The notes under the pieces are model-generated. The model was not told the origin of the DNA. It made no database searches and was given only the letters and a program-made list of their open reading frames with translations. A stretch of 63,222 nucleotides of DNA, filler included, from Octopus bimaculoides (taxonomy: Eukaryota): assembly GCF_001194135.2 (NCBI RefSeq). It is 9 parts of 9 records of this genome, joined end to end, with 100 filler letters (N's around TTAATTAATTAA, not from the genome) between each part and the next. Parts side by side here need not be neighbours in the genome. Positions count along the whole stretch, not along the records: positions 18,549 to 33,214 come from NC_068981.1; positions 33,315 to 40,643 come from NC_068994.1; positions 40,744 to 46,988 come from NC_069005.1; 6 more parts are not named here. The stretch is one strand, 5' to 3'. Of this stretch, positions 26,301 to 41,009 are shown piece after piece; position 1 is the first letter of the stretch; the number at the start of each line of letters is the position of its first letter. Both the position numbers and the translations under genes were made by a program.

Positions 26301-27754
26301 AGTGTACACATCATGTGTAGTAGTCATACTATCGTATCACCACGTGTATTATCTTTATTGGTTTTACACCAAGATGTTTCATTTTCATTTATATACACCT
26401 CAGTGATCGGCAGCATATGCAGCTGATGTTACTGACGTAGTGATATCTGATGGAAGTATTGTTATGGTGGAGGTGAAGTGTAGATGTCTATTACGTTAAT
26501 GTGCTTCATTCTAAAACGTTTACTTTTTAGTCGTTGAATTTCTTTTGTGTTCTATGACTGTGTTATTTTTCTATATATTGATATGCTGGGGATTTGATAT
26601 AAAATATGCTTTTAGACCTGATCTTTGAATTGTCTACACTTTGTGTTATGATGATGTAAATAGTGATCTGAAGGGTCCAGTTTTACGATTATAGCCATGT
26701 TATTTGCTAATAGTGAAACAGATGTTACGTGTAATGTCGGAATTTGGGATTTGGTCTTAAGTACTGTACATGGGTTATATTGTTTGTGATTTACTTGTGC
26801 ATATTACACCTATTTATTGTAAGCCTATGCCTGTGAAAGACAAAGTGTATTGCATAATGTAACTCACAGCACTTCATATTTCAGCAGAGGGGCTCGTCCC
26901 TGCATCTGCATATGCTGTTACAATTAATACACACAAGTACTCAAACACACACACGTCATTAAATGCAAGTGTATATATAGAGAGAGAGACATAGATATGT
27001 GGAGAGTGTGAGTATTGTTATTTTTTGTTAATTGGAGTTTCTCAAACAGAGATTTATGCTTTGTTCTGTTAATTATAAATGTGGGATTATATTGTTGACA
27101 GGTAAATCAACCTTCTAATTACTCTGTTACTCAATTTCTAGCTTGATATCGAAATACATATTTCGATATCGATATGTATTTCGAAACATATTTCGATATC
27201 ATATTATTTTATATTCACCAGCTGTGTCGCAATGTATCTAGTACTAAATGCTAAAAGAGTCTTATGTGAAAAGAGCACGCATTTATTCAGTAATATCAAA
27301 TAATTTCATGGTGCTTATACTCAATAAAGGAGTGCATTTATGTTCGCAGAATATGAAGTTTCATGAAAATAAAAGAATATAAGTGTCTGCAAAACCTTTT
27401 AACTCCAAAATAATATATGCAACATCATTTCATGAAAGAAAGCCTGATATATTTAACCTCACCAAATGACCGACAACGAGTGTTATTACTACTGGTTCAA
27501 ACAATTCATAACGACGGTAAATTGTTATTTAGATGATTTGTCGACCTACGGCTTGATTCATATGTAAGATGTTGGAGGATTTGTATTATAAAGAAGTGTT
27601 TTTGATTGACGTTAAGATGCATTTCAAAACAATACACCACCACGATTAAAATATCGTGAACGCTCTTCTCCTACTGGCAAGTTTGGGTCACCAACTAAAA
27701 GAAATATAGAACACATTTTTATGTCTTTTCACCGTTTCTAACACCGTTGGCACC

Positions 27755-27796
<42 letters not shown>

Positions 27797-27808
27797 GAGA
27801 AAAACGCA

Positions 27809-27859
<51 letters not shown>

Positions 27860-28308
27860 TAACAGAGAGATAATTTCGCGAATAAAATATTATTGTGTAT
27901 GAAAGTCAATATTTATACTGCTTCTCAATGCAAAATTTGACAGACACCCAGTGCACACTAGGAACGAAATAAACTGGCAAGGAAAATGTTTTTTCAACAA
28001 CAACCTTTAAATTTCTCTTTAATGCTATTATTCAATTTGCACTTATATTATCACCCCTATCTATGTCAGTTGCGCTTAAATGTACTAACAAATTTCACTA
28101 CGTCTTGCCTTGCTATTACCCCCCAGTAAATTGAAATAAAATGTAATTCTCATAACCTATGGAGATTACTTATGGAAGTGACTTTTTACCATATGATATA
28201 ATCTCATAACCTACGGATATTTTTTACTATTCCCTTACTATATCAATTTTATTTTTATTATTTTATTATTTTATTTTACTTCCCCCACATGTTTGATTCT
28301 TATAAATC

Positions 28309-28348
28309 TGGACTCTCTGAAGAAGCTACGGGGCTGAAATATTGTCCA
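28309..28348 (+). ncRNA. Hammerhead-ribozyme-like motif of minimal Penelope type
   Basis: TGGAC-TCT-CTGAAGA-AGC(TACGGG)GCT-GAAA-TAT-T-GTCCA. Core boxes intact, stem II AGC/GCT, outer TGGAC/GTCCA pairing, palindromic ATAT stem III. Confidence 0.5.
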
Positions 28349-29349
28349 ACCGCTGTCCAACTTTTGTTTAACCTTTGTACAATCTCTGTATAACACTAGT
28401 ATGATGTGTAAACCTTGGGAAGTTGGACCCCCATCCCCCCAAAAAGTAGAAGTAGATGTAGGAGTATAGTATTATTCGCTCATTTATTCTTACTTATTTA
28501 TGTATTTTTAATTTTTATTTACTTGTTTATTTACTTAATTATACATATGATTGTAATTAATTAATAAATAGATCCAAATGAATGTTTGCAGGCTAATGTT
28601 TGTTGATTGATTATCTTGTTCATTTTCTTATTTATCTTATAAATTCTAGGTAAATTTCTGCTTTATCCCCACTCATACCTATTATTCAATTGGGCTACTG
28701 CCCTACATCAGTAAGCATTTGGATATAAATACATAGGTATACATCCAGTAGTATATTGGATATTTATTATCTGTTAGATGGTCGTTTATCACTGACCACT
28801 ACATTTATATTTTTTTCTCCTTGTTTCTCTCCTTATTTCTTTCTGTGTTCCTTTCAGTTGAAGAGCGTAACTCGAAACATCAAAGACTTTCTCTATTCCC
28901 GAGTTAATACATCCATTTGTTGTTTACACCACCTGTCTTCGTCTGTTGTTTTTTTGTAAATTCTCCCATATATATATATACATAACAGCCTACTAACAAA
29001 TCTACCCGTGTATGTATGAAAAAAACTAGCGAGACTTTTTGAATCCAATAGAGTAAAGTTAGGTCTACATGACCGAGGGCGACAAAGATCCTCAGTAGCA
29101 ATTCTCAACTGTTGATGTATGCTTTTTAGGGGAATGTTGATGCATTTATAAAATAGATTGATGCTTCTGATCTCAACTTCATTCGAGATTTCTTAGAAGC
29201 AATGCCTTGAAATCTGTTTATGTATATTCCAAACCCCAGAACTTTGATTTAATATTAGTGGATTGAATTGATGCATCTGCCTGTCAAGGGCTTTAATGTT
29301 TTTGCAAGGAAGTAGTATCCTAAAAATAATAATCCAGAACTAAGAATTG

Positions 29350-30240
29350 AATAAGAAACGTTTGGAACCCCAACGGGAGCACATTATAAATGACACAATT
29401 TCGAGTGTTAAAGTGTCAAAGGACATTCAATATAGGCGAATATATTTCATGATTCACGTGAGGATTGAGGGACTGCAATCCAGATTTCGGCTTTGACACG
29501 AAAATGTGGTAAATTTTAAGTAAAGGCATTCCTAATAAAATTTGCGTATACACAACAAAAGTTAAAATTTCCTTGTTAGCTGAGAAACATGTTATTCAAT
29601 GTAAGCTCCCTAACTCCATTTGGATAGCACACCTTCTACGTTTAGTTGATTTCTTTGAGCATGTCATGTCAATGCATTGGATAAGAAATGGGGGGGAGGA
29701 AAATCAATGTCATTAGAAGGAGAGAAAATATGTCAGCACAGCTATCAAATCTTGCGTAATAGATGCAAAAGCTGGCACCGGACACTAAATGAAATAAAAT
29801 AGCTGTCTTCTTAAAAGAACTAGTGCGAAGATATCTTTCTTAGTGACAATATGATATCACTAATAATGCAGGTCATCAATCTCAGTTGTTCCCTGGTTAA
29901 TCTCCGCAATTCGATTCACATACTGTCTGTTGGTTTATGAATTTCTTCAACTGTAAAATATCTCTTCTATCAGAATAATCAAAATATTTAGAAGAGGAAA
30001 CTTCTGGAATTCTCAACACTCAAATACACTCAAGAACTTTCCGAACACGAATAATATCATTTTCAGAAGGAGAGTCTTATAAACTATGCATGTAGAGGTA
30101 GCAAAATTATGATGTCTTTCCATATCTTACAAATTTCCCAACTTGTGAAATTGAAAACAAAAATTACTTTCAAAAATCTATTGAAATCTTCAGAGAGCAT
30201 CTAAATGAATTTAATATTAAACTCCTTAATTTTGCGGTTA
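29350..30240 (+). mobile_element. Possible highly decayed hAT (Charlie/SPIN-like) transposase
   Basis: Weak echoes only: HTVCWF resembles HTEVRW; NYDVFPYL...REHLNEF resembles FPTL...HL..L..EF. Confidence 0.2.
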
Positions 30241-31408
30241 TTTTAGAAAGGAAACACTCACATTTTCTCCAAATCTAACATGTAGGTATTTTGAATGAAA
30301 TTTTTAAGTTCCAATATATAATTTTTTGTTTTTATTTTTAATGCATATTTGACACTTTTGTTATTTATCCATAATAATGTTTGTGAACTTGCAAATCAGT
30401 TCGTAATAATATTTTCAGCTTCGGAATTCTTACCCTGTTTATTCTTACAAAATTGGAAATTGTCCCATTATAAATCTTGTTTTTCCATAACATTACTTTT
30501 TAACACAATAAAGACATACAGAAACTAACTGGACCTTGAAGGCAGCATCCAAATTGCTGTGACATTAAAAATATTCTGATTTTGAATTTTATATTATCAA
30601 AAATCAAAACAGCATTACTTTTACTTATTTTTCTTTTTGTAAACTACAATTAGGGTAGTATTTTTTTTTTAAATATGCAAGCACTTTTTTTTACATTCTT
30701 TTATACGAAATTAATTTGCATGATTTTTCTCATGTCAGTATACTGTGCATATCTTCTTTCTTTTTTTTTCATTTGAAGATATATATTCAATGCAATAAAT
30801 ATTTCTTTATATAAATGTTTGTATCCAACATGATACAATTTAAGAGAAATTGACATTTTTTTATACGAACAAGTCTGGATAAATTTTCATTTTACTTGTA
30901 AGGAGTTTTAGATACTGACTTACAAGGAGATAACCACACTTCACGAAAATTGTTGTTCGTTGAATTTCATGTCAAGGAGGTTATTTTTTTTTATTAGTGG
31001 TGGGTGTTATTGCTGTTTCATAGATGTCATGTATTTTATGTTTGATGTTGTATTGACGGTCTCATTATCGTAGCATTCCGAATTTAGACCGTTATTTCCA
31101 TTTTTTTCTGTACTTAGCAACGAGGAATCTTTCCTATTTAGCTATAATATATCTGGATTTGAGTGGAGAATTCCATCTAATATAATACAATATAATGTAA
31201 TATAATATAGAGTTTCTAAGTTTTGTTTCTTTTTTCGCTATTCCTTTTGTGTGTTGTATAATATTTTTCGGAATGTAAATTACTGTGAGGTCGCCGATCC
31301 TTATTGCGTATGCATAATCAGCTACTAAGAAAATGACATACTTGTATAACCAGTATAATTGTAGCGTCATGGAGTATATCAATTTTATGTTTTTACTAAA
31401 ATGTACAG

Positions 31409-31446
31409 ATGTCATTATTCGCTGAAGTTCGTACATTGGCTAGCAG
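31409..31446 (+). other. Candidate 38-nt exon
   Basis: T-rich tract plus TACAG acceptor and a consensus donor CAG|GTGAGT. Open in two phases (MSLFAEVRTLAS or CHYSLKFVHWLA). No homology recognised. Confidence 0.3.
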
Positions 31447-32376
31447 GTGAGTGATTTGATGCAAACTTTAAATTCCGTTATTTTGATATTATCACACACC
31501 ATGATTGTACGCAATGAAGGTTAAGTTCAGTTTTACTAGTTACAATTTTTATAAATAAGAGTGTTCATATTTCAAAAGCAGGGTGAAATTTTCATTTTAA
31601 TAATTTTTGTGTCTGTAGCATATTATGTAAAACTTGATTATATTTCATTCTAGAGGTTGGGCTGCCATTTTTTGTCTGTTTTATGTTGTAGTATAGTGGT
31701 TACGTCATTACATAGAAATATTAACATTTTGCTTTTGCATCGTGTATGAATGAGAATGTCAAAGCCTGTATGAATAGAAATTTAACCAGTGACATTTTCG
31801 GTTTGTTGCATTCGCAATCATTATTAGCAGACAGGTCTTTGTTAGGGTTCCAGACATCATATTATAAACCGACGCATATACGACAGGCACAAATATAATA
31901 TGATTAAGTATAACTATATGCACACACGTGCGCGCGCGTATTTGATGTTTAGACGTTTTGGCAAAAATTGATTAATATTTGTCAATAAGAACAATGATTG
32001 TTATGCCCTGCTCAGAATTACGAGTTACTTCTATATACAATTACATAAGATATATAAACAAATACTAAACAGGCATAAGTAAGTTTAAATACATGCATAT
32101 GTATATGTGCGTGTCTATAAACAAATATATAAGCAATACTGAGATGAGAGAAATAACGTGACAGGGGCGTTTCTTTAAATAAAATTGGCAAAAATACGTA
32201 CGTCAAATAGTGCACAACATAAAATCTTTATTTATGAAAACTTCACCTCCAGAGGATATAGCATAATTACCATGTGGCATTTTACAACCAACTCCAGTTG
32301 AGAAGAGCTATTATTCATGATTCAATAGATCATTAATGTTAAAACAACTGCAGCCCTAGTGCGAACACTTGCTATG

Positions 32377-32412
<36 letters not shown>

Positions 32413-33359
32413 ATAGGTAGAGGATTCAATTAAATCTGGGCACATCAAGACGTAGGATGCCTAAAAGTTTAGGTAAAATATTATAGGGTTCACAACGTGG
32501 TAAAACAAAAAGGAGACTCTCAAGTATTGATTCGTTACTGTAGATATCTCAATGCCAAATGCATTTTAATTCGTAGATCCAACTGAGGGTTGGTTCGCAA
32601 TGGGGTGTAGGCATATGAAGAGAATACAAATGTTGTTTAAAATATGCAACAGCTGTTTCGGAAAAAAAATTATTGATTTATTTATAGAATACACCATCTT
32701 TAGGTAAAATTTAAAGCAAGAATGAAACCGGCGAAATAATACATCGATCATTTACAATTTGTAGGATAAATGGTAGTTTCAAAATAACATTCGAAATTAT
32801 AAAGAAATTAGGAGTGGCTTTCACGGGCAAAGAGATCAAACAACAATATTAATTCAAAACACTTATATAAATTAGCTTAGAGCTGATATTTGCTTCGAAA
32901 ATGTATAAGAATCGTAGACATACTGCAGACGTGAGTTGACCTCAAGTTCATTAAAGTCAAGACTATATCTTGTGAATTAAATGAAGTAAAGAAAACAAAC
33001 TTCAGTGCAAAAGGAAGTCGTAAAATAGCAATCACACGTTTTGCTTCGTTCCATTCAAGTCAAGTACCATAGTTATACAATCACACCCCTAGACAGCCGC
33101 GCGCACACACACGCACACATACACATACACACACGCATATATATATAACCACAGACATATACAGACATATGGACATATGTATATATATATATATATATAT
33201 AATTATATATATATNNNNNNNNNNNNNNNNNNNNNNNNNNNNNNNNNNNNNNNNNNNNTTAATTAATTAANNNNNNNNNNNNNNNNNNNNNNNNNNNNNN
33301 NNNNNNNNNNNNNNATATATATATACATGCATGCATGTATGTATGTATGTATGTATATG

Positions 33360-33390
<31 letters not shown>

Positions 33391-33706
33391 GATGATAATA
33401 ATAATGATAATAATAATAATAATAATAATTAGATATGCATATATACATACGTATATGTACATACATCTATACGTATATATGTAGGCACAGGACCAAAATA
33501 AGAAAAGAAAAAGAAAGAAGAGAAGAAGGGAGTAAAAAAGAGAGAAAGAAAGCAAAAAGACTTTCAATGATGACCACACTACACCTGCATTTTTTTTTCT
33601 TGAAGAGGTCACCATCCTCAAACCCATTTCAATACAATGGTAAAAGTCTAAATAAATAAATGGTGAATAGGAAGGGAGATACTCTTCCCCTCCTCTCTCC
33701 CCACCC

Positions 33707-33755
<49 letters not shown>

Positions 33756-33877
33756 CATCTATCTATCTGCCTACCTATCTTTCTATTTATCTGTCTCTAT
33801 TGTCATGGAACCTCACCCACCCTCCCGCCAAAAAATGTTCTCTTCTGAACAAAACCCCCAAAAAACATGTTTTATAT

Positions 33878-34185
33878 CAGAGATTCTCAAACTTTTTAGG
33901 CCACCACCTCCTCATGGCCACATAATACCCCCATCCCCCATCCACCCTTATTTTTTATATTTTACCAATTTATATATACTTTGAATCATTTGATATTTAA
34001 TGTAATATTATATAATTTTTATACAACAATATTATAATAAATTCATAGCGTCCCCCAATCCACTGCCTTTCTCCCAACGCCTCCTTTTTCTCTACCGCCG
34101 CCACATCGCCCCTTAGGCACCTTTGCCCACCTGGGCCGTCTCAGCGCCCACCGGGGCGCGGTAGCGCCCACTTTGAGAACTTGCG
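33878..34185. mobile_element. hAT (Charlie-like) MITE
   Basis: Imperfect TIRs CAGAGATTCTCAAA / TTTGAGAACTTGCG and a perfect 8-bp TSD TTTTATAT (33870-33877 and 34186-34193). Confidence 0.8.
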
Positions 34186-34264
34186 TTTTATATGAATGCG
34201 CAAGCTGTTTGTACATTCACAAAATTCTGTTTGACAAGGTCGAGAATCGAACGAAAGCGCTAAA

Positions 34265-34461
34265 AATAATCCTTTCTACTCTTGGTACAAAGCCCGAAAT
34301 TTTGGGGGAGGGGACCAGTCGATTAGATCGATCCCAATACGCAACTGGTACTTAATCTATCGAACCCGAAAGGATGAAAGGCAAAGTCGACCGCGGCAGA
34401 ATTTGAACTCAGAACATAAAGACAGACGAAATACCGCTCAGCATTTCGCCCGGCGTGCTAA
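34265..34461 (-). mobile_element. SINE family A copy lacking the first ~20 nt
   Basis: High similarity to 16164-16382. Confidence 0.9.
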
Positions 34462-36040
34462 TAGTAATGAATAAATAAAAAGATTTTTTTCCATTATTCT
34501 GGCGACCTTTTTTCTCAATATTCAGTATCTGTACACCACACGTAACACTGTATATATATATATATCGTTTGTAAAAAAACAAATCCGAATATATACTGTC
34601 GAGCAGTATATATNNNNNNNNNNNNNNNNNNNNNNNNNNNNNNNNNNNNNNNNNNNNNNNNNNNNNNNNNNNNNNNNNNNNNNNNNNNNNNNNNNNNNNN
34701 NNNNNNNNNNNNNNNNNNNNNNNNNNNNNNNNNNNNNNNNNNNNNNNNNNNNNNNNNNNNNNNNNNNNNNNNNNNNNNNNNNNNNNNNNNNNNNNNNNNN
34801 NNNNNNNNNNNNNNNNNNNNNNNNNNNNNNNNNNNNNNNNNNNNNNNNNNNNNNNNNNNNNNNNNNNNNNNNNNNNNNNNNNNNNNNNNNNNNNNNNNNN
34901 NNNNNNNNNNNNNNNNNNNNNNNNNNNNNNNNNNNNNNNNNNNNNNNNNNNNNNNNNNNNNNNNNNNNNNNNNNNNNNNNNNNNNNNNNNNNNNNNNNNN
35001 NNNNNNNNNNNNNNNNNNNNNNNNNNNNNNNNNNNNNNNNNNNNNNNNNNNNNNNNNNNNNNNNNNNNNNNNNNNNNNNNNNNNNNNNNNNNNNNNNNNN
35101 NNNNNNNNNNNNNNNNNNNNNNNNNNNNNNNNNNNNNNNNNNNNNNNNNNNNNNNNNNNNNNNNNNNNNNNNNNNNNNNNNNNNNNNNNNNNNNNNNNNN
35201 NNNNNNNNNNNNNNNNNNNNNNNNNNNNNNNNNNNNNNNNNNNNNNNNNNNNNNNNNNNNNNNNNNNNNNNNNNNNNNNNNNNNNNNNNNNNNNNNNNNN
35301 NNNNNNNNNNNNNNNNNNNNNNNNNNNNNNNNNNNNNNNNNNNNNNNNNNNNNNNNNNNNNNNNNNNNNNNNNNNNNNNNNNNNNNNNNNNNNNNNNNNN
35401 NNNNNNNNNNNNNNNNNNNNNNNNNNNNNNNNNNNNNNNNNNNNNNNNNNNNNNNNNNNNNNNNNNNNNNNNNNNNNNNNNNNNNNNNNNNNTATATATA
35501 TATATATATGTTTATATATATATATTGCTTGTTTTATGCCATAAACCAATTTGAAGATATACTCGCTATTACTTTCATCTTTTATTGAGCGTGCTTTTTA
35601 TTCTGGCTTATGGTCAAATAATAAACCAATATATAACGAGAGGTTTTTTATTTGACCATATACACGTACAGACACACGTACACGCACATACATATATGTA
35701 CATATATGTGTTTGTGTGGGTGTGTGTGTTTGTGTGCACGTGTGTGTGTGTATGTTCTTGCATTTATGTGTGTATTTATGTGTGTGTAATCGCATATGTA
35801 TGTACACACACACACACACACATATATACACACATTCTCTGTTTATTCTTCACAGAATATTCACATTCTTTTCTCTTCTTTTTTTTTCTAACTCGATTTA
35901 TTAAGTTGCTGTTTTCCTACGTTTAATTCACTATCAGTTTTACCTGATCCCACCATTATCTTTTATTTTTAAAACATTTTGTCTCATATATTTCCCTCTC
36001 TGCTCTATGCCTCTCTCCTCTAAGCCTTCCNNNNNNNNNN

Positions 36041-36077
<37 letters not shown>

Positions 36078-37059
36078 TTCTTTCCTCTTCTTTACCTTCC
36101 TCTATTTCTTTTTTTAACTTTCAGAAACACTTTGCTCTTTCTGGCACCATCTTTAATGACACCCAGTTTATTAAAAAGAAACCAATCAAAATCAGAGTTA
36201 ATGTGCAGTAAAGTCGGTCGCAATTGTTGTTCTGTAGAAAAAGCACTACCTATCTCATTTCTATTTCATTGTTTCTGACGGAGATAACTTTTCTCTTACC
36301 ACTAAACGATGTAATGCAGTCAGTAGTAAGAGCTATAAATAAACGAAAATGAAAAGTCATAGGAGACAGTTTCAAAAGCAGAAGAATCAAGATGAGGAGA
36401 GTTGAAAAAGAATAGATATTTGTTATAACAATAAAAAGACTATTTTGTGAGGATGAATTACTGAGAAAATCAGGAATATATAATTTTAAGAAGGTAAACC
36501 ATTTGAGACAATGTTTGCAAAAGAAATAGAAAATTAAAACAAATAATAGTCTTCTTAAGTAAAGACAAACAGTTGATAGGGTTCCAGGCTATCTCTGTAA
36601 GTTTGATGGTTCGTATATTGTTACTGAGATTACATAGTATAATTGGTTATAAAATTTATTGCGATCGTTGTCTAGCTTCGGGTTATCCTTGATCGAGCAG
36701 ATCCTAAACCGTGATCATCCATTTTTTGATGGACATTGTGTCTGAGACTATATTATCTTAGGCGCCCTTTTCTCAGTCATTAAGGTGTCATTTGGCTGCT
36801 ATTTTTAGCAAGTTGAGCGATCTTATTTCGTAATTGCATAATTACAGTAAAATTGTGGAGTGAGATGAACGGTAAAAAGTCTAATAAAATAAAATGCTTT
36901 ACAGCATCATCATTTTCTGTTCTGTGTTCAAATTCCATTGAGGTTCAAATCCAAATTTTATCTTCCCAAAGTCTCTCTCTCCATCTTTCTCTCTCCCCCC
37001 TCTTTCTCTTTCTTTATACACACACACACACACATACATACATACATACATAACATAAC

Positions 37060-38730
37060 ATAAAGCTGAAGGTCAGTGAAAAAGAGAATACCTACACTGA
37101 ACTATTGAGAATTATGCAATTACTCTATCCAGATTACAAGTTCAGGTTTATTACTGCCTAAATACCAATCTTGAGAAATTAGGCTTCTCAAAACCAGAAA
37201 GGAGAAAACTAATTCGAATACTACAGATCCAATCCATCACTGGAACTGTAAAAATCTGTAAAACTTTCCAGAAGTTTATCATTTAAATATATTTGAGCAT
37301 GTCTAGATATGCAACTATATGCATGAGAATACATATAGGGGTTGGACAAAATAATGGTAACACCTTAAGATTTCAAACAAATTTATTTTAATATGGAGTA
37401 GGACTGCCTTTGGCAGTAATTACAGCTTGAATTCCACGAGATATGGACTCATACAAAGTTTGAATTTTTGTCCATTCTTCAGCTAAAACAGTCTCCAGTT
37501 CTTGTAGTGATGATGGCGGAGGATATCGACTCTTTCCTTGTCTTTCTAAAATGCACCATAAATGTTCAATAATATTGAGATCTGGGGACTATGATTGCCA
37601 GATAAGATGTTCAACTTCACTAGAAGTTGAACTTTAGCTGTGTGAATTGGTGCATTATCATCCTGAAACAGTTCCGCAACCATAAGATGAATTTGATCAG
37701 ATAAAATGCTTAAATAGTCTTGACTATTAATTCTGCCATGAAGGGAAACCATTGGGCCGGCAGGTTTCCAAGATATAGCCTCCCACCCCAGATTATCACA
37801 GATCCTCCTCCATGTTTAACAGTTGGAAGAAGGCAGTCTGGGTCAAATGCTTCTTTTGCCTGTCTCAACATGTATATTCGTCCTGTGGTCGGAAATAAGG
37901 TAAAGGATGACTCGTCCGAGAAAATAACATTCTTTCACTGCTCTAGGGACCAATTCTGTAGATTTTTACTCCACTCAAAACGCTTTGGAACGTTTATTTT
38001 TGAAAGTAGTGGTTTTCTGATTGCAGCCCTCCTGTGAAATCCGGCTTTGTGCAGCTCCCGGCGAAGAGTTTTTGTGGAAACGGGGTTCTCGAGGTGGTCA
38101 TTAAGCTCTGCAGTAATTTTGGGAGCTGTACTTTTGCGATTCTTTCTAACAATTCGCGTAAGAGTCCGATGGTCCCTATCTGAAAGTTTTGGTTCTCTTC
38201 CAGAGTTTTGTTTTGACGAGGAGGTTTTTCTCTCTTTCTCAAAGGCTGTCATTACTTTCGAGACAGTACTTATGATACACCAAACATGTTGGCTGTTTTC
38301 GTTACGCTAGCGCCTGCCATACAAGCACCAACAATTTGACCTCTTTGAAAGTCTGATAGATCTGTCATTTTAATGAATTTTAATTACTTTTTTCTGATGA
38401 TATCTGAAAAGAAACAGCAATTTTAGCAAAACATAATGAGGAACACTAATAATAAATCAAAAAACATAAAAATAAACAAGCTTTTGACGGTTTTATAGAT
38501 ATTTCAAACTTATGATGCTAGCTGTTTCCATTATTTTGTCCAACCCCTGTACATAAAGAAAAACATGCAAATCTGCACATATACATACATGTTGAAATTC
38601 TAATGAAGGAGCCTTGGATCTAGATCAGAAACCGGCTCTTTCTCTGTTGGCAAGAAATCTTGAAATAAAACTGAACAATGACATACGTAGTACATACATA
38701 CATACATACATACATACATACATACATACA
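37060..38730 (+). mobile_element. 3' end of an RLE-type LINE embedded in (CA)/(TACA)n, its 3' UTR split by a Tc1 insertion
   Basis: KLKVSEKENTYTELLRIMQLLYPDYKFRFI / CLNTNLEKLGFSKPERRKLIRILQIQSITGTVKICKTFQKFII* (stop at 37284-37286). The UTR appears to resume at 38552 and ends in (TACA)n. Confidence 0.7.
37336..38549 (-). mobile_element. Near full-length Tc1-like DNA transposon with a disrupted transposase (37388-38368)
   Basis: TIRs (C/T)AGGGGTTGGACAAAATAATGG at both ends with TA duplication. Protein MTDLSDFQRGQIVGA...IFSDESSF...PTVKHGGGSVIIW...FQDDNAPIHTAK...SPDLNIIEHLW; stops, frameshifts and deletions. Confidence 0.95.
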
Positions 38731-41009
38731 CACACAGATATTTATATACAAAGAGAGAGAAATTGGGAGCGAAGAAATTCAGATGAATGTGCCATAAACC
38801 TGGTTAACAGAAGGTCCATTGAAGAGTATGGTTATCCTTACAAGTTATAAATTTCAAGTTATTCACCAACCGATAAGGTAGTACTTTAAGCACAAAATAT
38901 AATACCAATCGGACAAAAAATGAAAAATTATATTCTTACATAACCTAATCCACTTAACGTTTCGAATGGTTTGAGTTATTTCCGCATTATACAATGGTTT
39001 GTAAGCACAACTATGCAATTAATTGATCAACCGAGTTATTAATTAATGGACTACTTATACCCCAATCATTCTTATCAGAGAACAAAGGTTATGTTAATTT
39101 TTTCGAAATCTGGCGACAAACATGCGGAATTAGGATTGTAGGCAAGAGACAGATCAGTGATTAATTCCATGTTTTGTTGTATCTCACTTAGAATATCAAA
39201 GTTTTCAGTTAACGAAGAGATTTTTTTACAAAATAAGGAACATTATAACTCTGCTTTAGCTACGGCAAGTTCTACTGCGAAGAATTCGTATATTCCAGAG
39301 GTAAATGCTATGAAAATACCTAGGGACAGTAAAATACGTTCACAATAGTAATATAAATGAATAGTAAGATATTGATAATAGTAAGGTGAAAACAGTCAAC
39401 ATTGCGATAGGGAAAATTACCTTCCAATTAAAAAGTTAAATCGTCTAAATAACTCTATGGTTATCCGTGAACACCCAGGAAAATACCTGGATAATCTACA
39501 GATTAAGAACCAAATGTAGAGGGATTAAGCGTGGCAATGAGGAATTGAGCCCAGAAATAATCCCAATAGTTCATGCAGCCACGAGGGAGCTAATATACAT
39601 AGTAATTACAAAACTAACATTAATTATGGTGACAAAGTTAAGAGAAAAAGAGTGCGTAGTAGAAATATAATGTGCTATAATGCTCCGTTCGGAATTCACG
39701 TAGCCATAGAGAACTAAAGGCTTTAGACATATATTCCCCCTCTTCTAGTTAATGTGGTAAGATATTCAACAAACATACTGTAAAGTCTGCGTACTCTAAT
39801 ACACATAACACTAGCAAAACATTCTTAAAATTTTCACAACCCCCTCCCCTACATAATTGACTTTCTTGGGTATAAATAAATATTTCAATGCCAAAGTTAA
39901 ATTATTAGTGATTCTTCCTCTTCCTTCTTAATTTACCTGCAATGTAAAATACGAAGTTCTCTTTAACATAATTCAATTTAATTAATTAAATTTATTTGTA
40001 TTTAATTTAATCCTCTTCAACCGTAATAAACCTGATATTTCTCGAAAGAAATAGAGCGGCGAGTTATTAGCCTTTAAATCGTACACAATGTTACCTTGCC
40101 CCTCAATTCCTCTCCCTCTTTCTCCAGTTTCTTTTCACACTTCTCTACTGCAGACTGTCCAGTAAATAAATTTGTTAAATAACAATTATCTTCTCTAATC
40201 TATATTCTCTAAACTATATTGACTAACATACTGTAACATTTGATGGCATCTTGATTTCCCAAAACTGTGAATTTGGCAATGGTATAATGAATCGGGTCTT
40301 GTAATTTGATATGTCTGTAACCTACAATCCCAATTTCACGAGATTTGTTTGTAGCAGATTTCGTAAAATCGAACATAATAATTTTTATGCTTTGATGAGA
40401 ATGAATGGGGGTTAACTGCTCCATTAATTACTTGATCAATTAGTTAATTAATTTATTGATTATGCATGCAAACCATTGTACGATGCGGAAACGATTCTTC
40501 TAGCCATTCGTAACGTAACGCATGTGAATAAAGTAGTATAAAAAAATAATACTTCATTTTATGTTTGATTCACACACACACGCACACACACACACACGTA
40601 TGAGTATATATATATGTATGTATATATATATATATATATATATNNNNNNNNNNNNNNNNNNNNNNNNNNNNNNNNNNNNNNNNNNNNTTAATTAATTAAN
40701 NNNNNNNNNNNNNNNNNNNNNNNNNNNNNNNNNNNNNNNNNNNTTATATACTTTACAAACTTATATTATACATACATACACACATACATACATACATACA
40801 TACATACATACATACATACATACATACATACATGCACACAAACATACATACAAAGACACATACATACATGCACACACACATAGATACATACATACATATA
40901 TACGTGCGTGCGTATGTATGTATAATGTATTGATTCATTCATTCATTCGTTCACTCATTCATTGGTATATGCTCATGCATGTTTTCCTTTTTTTTCTCTC
41001 CCCATTCAG

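Noticed and set aside
40128-40161. Strong polypyrimidine acceptor with a possible 34-nt exon (SFFSHFSTADCP)
   Set aside because: Would complete an in-frame chain to 41010 but skip half of ZP-N; weak donor; likely over-fitting.
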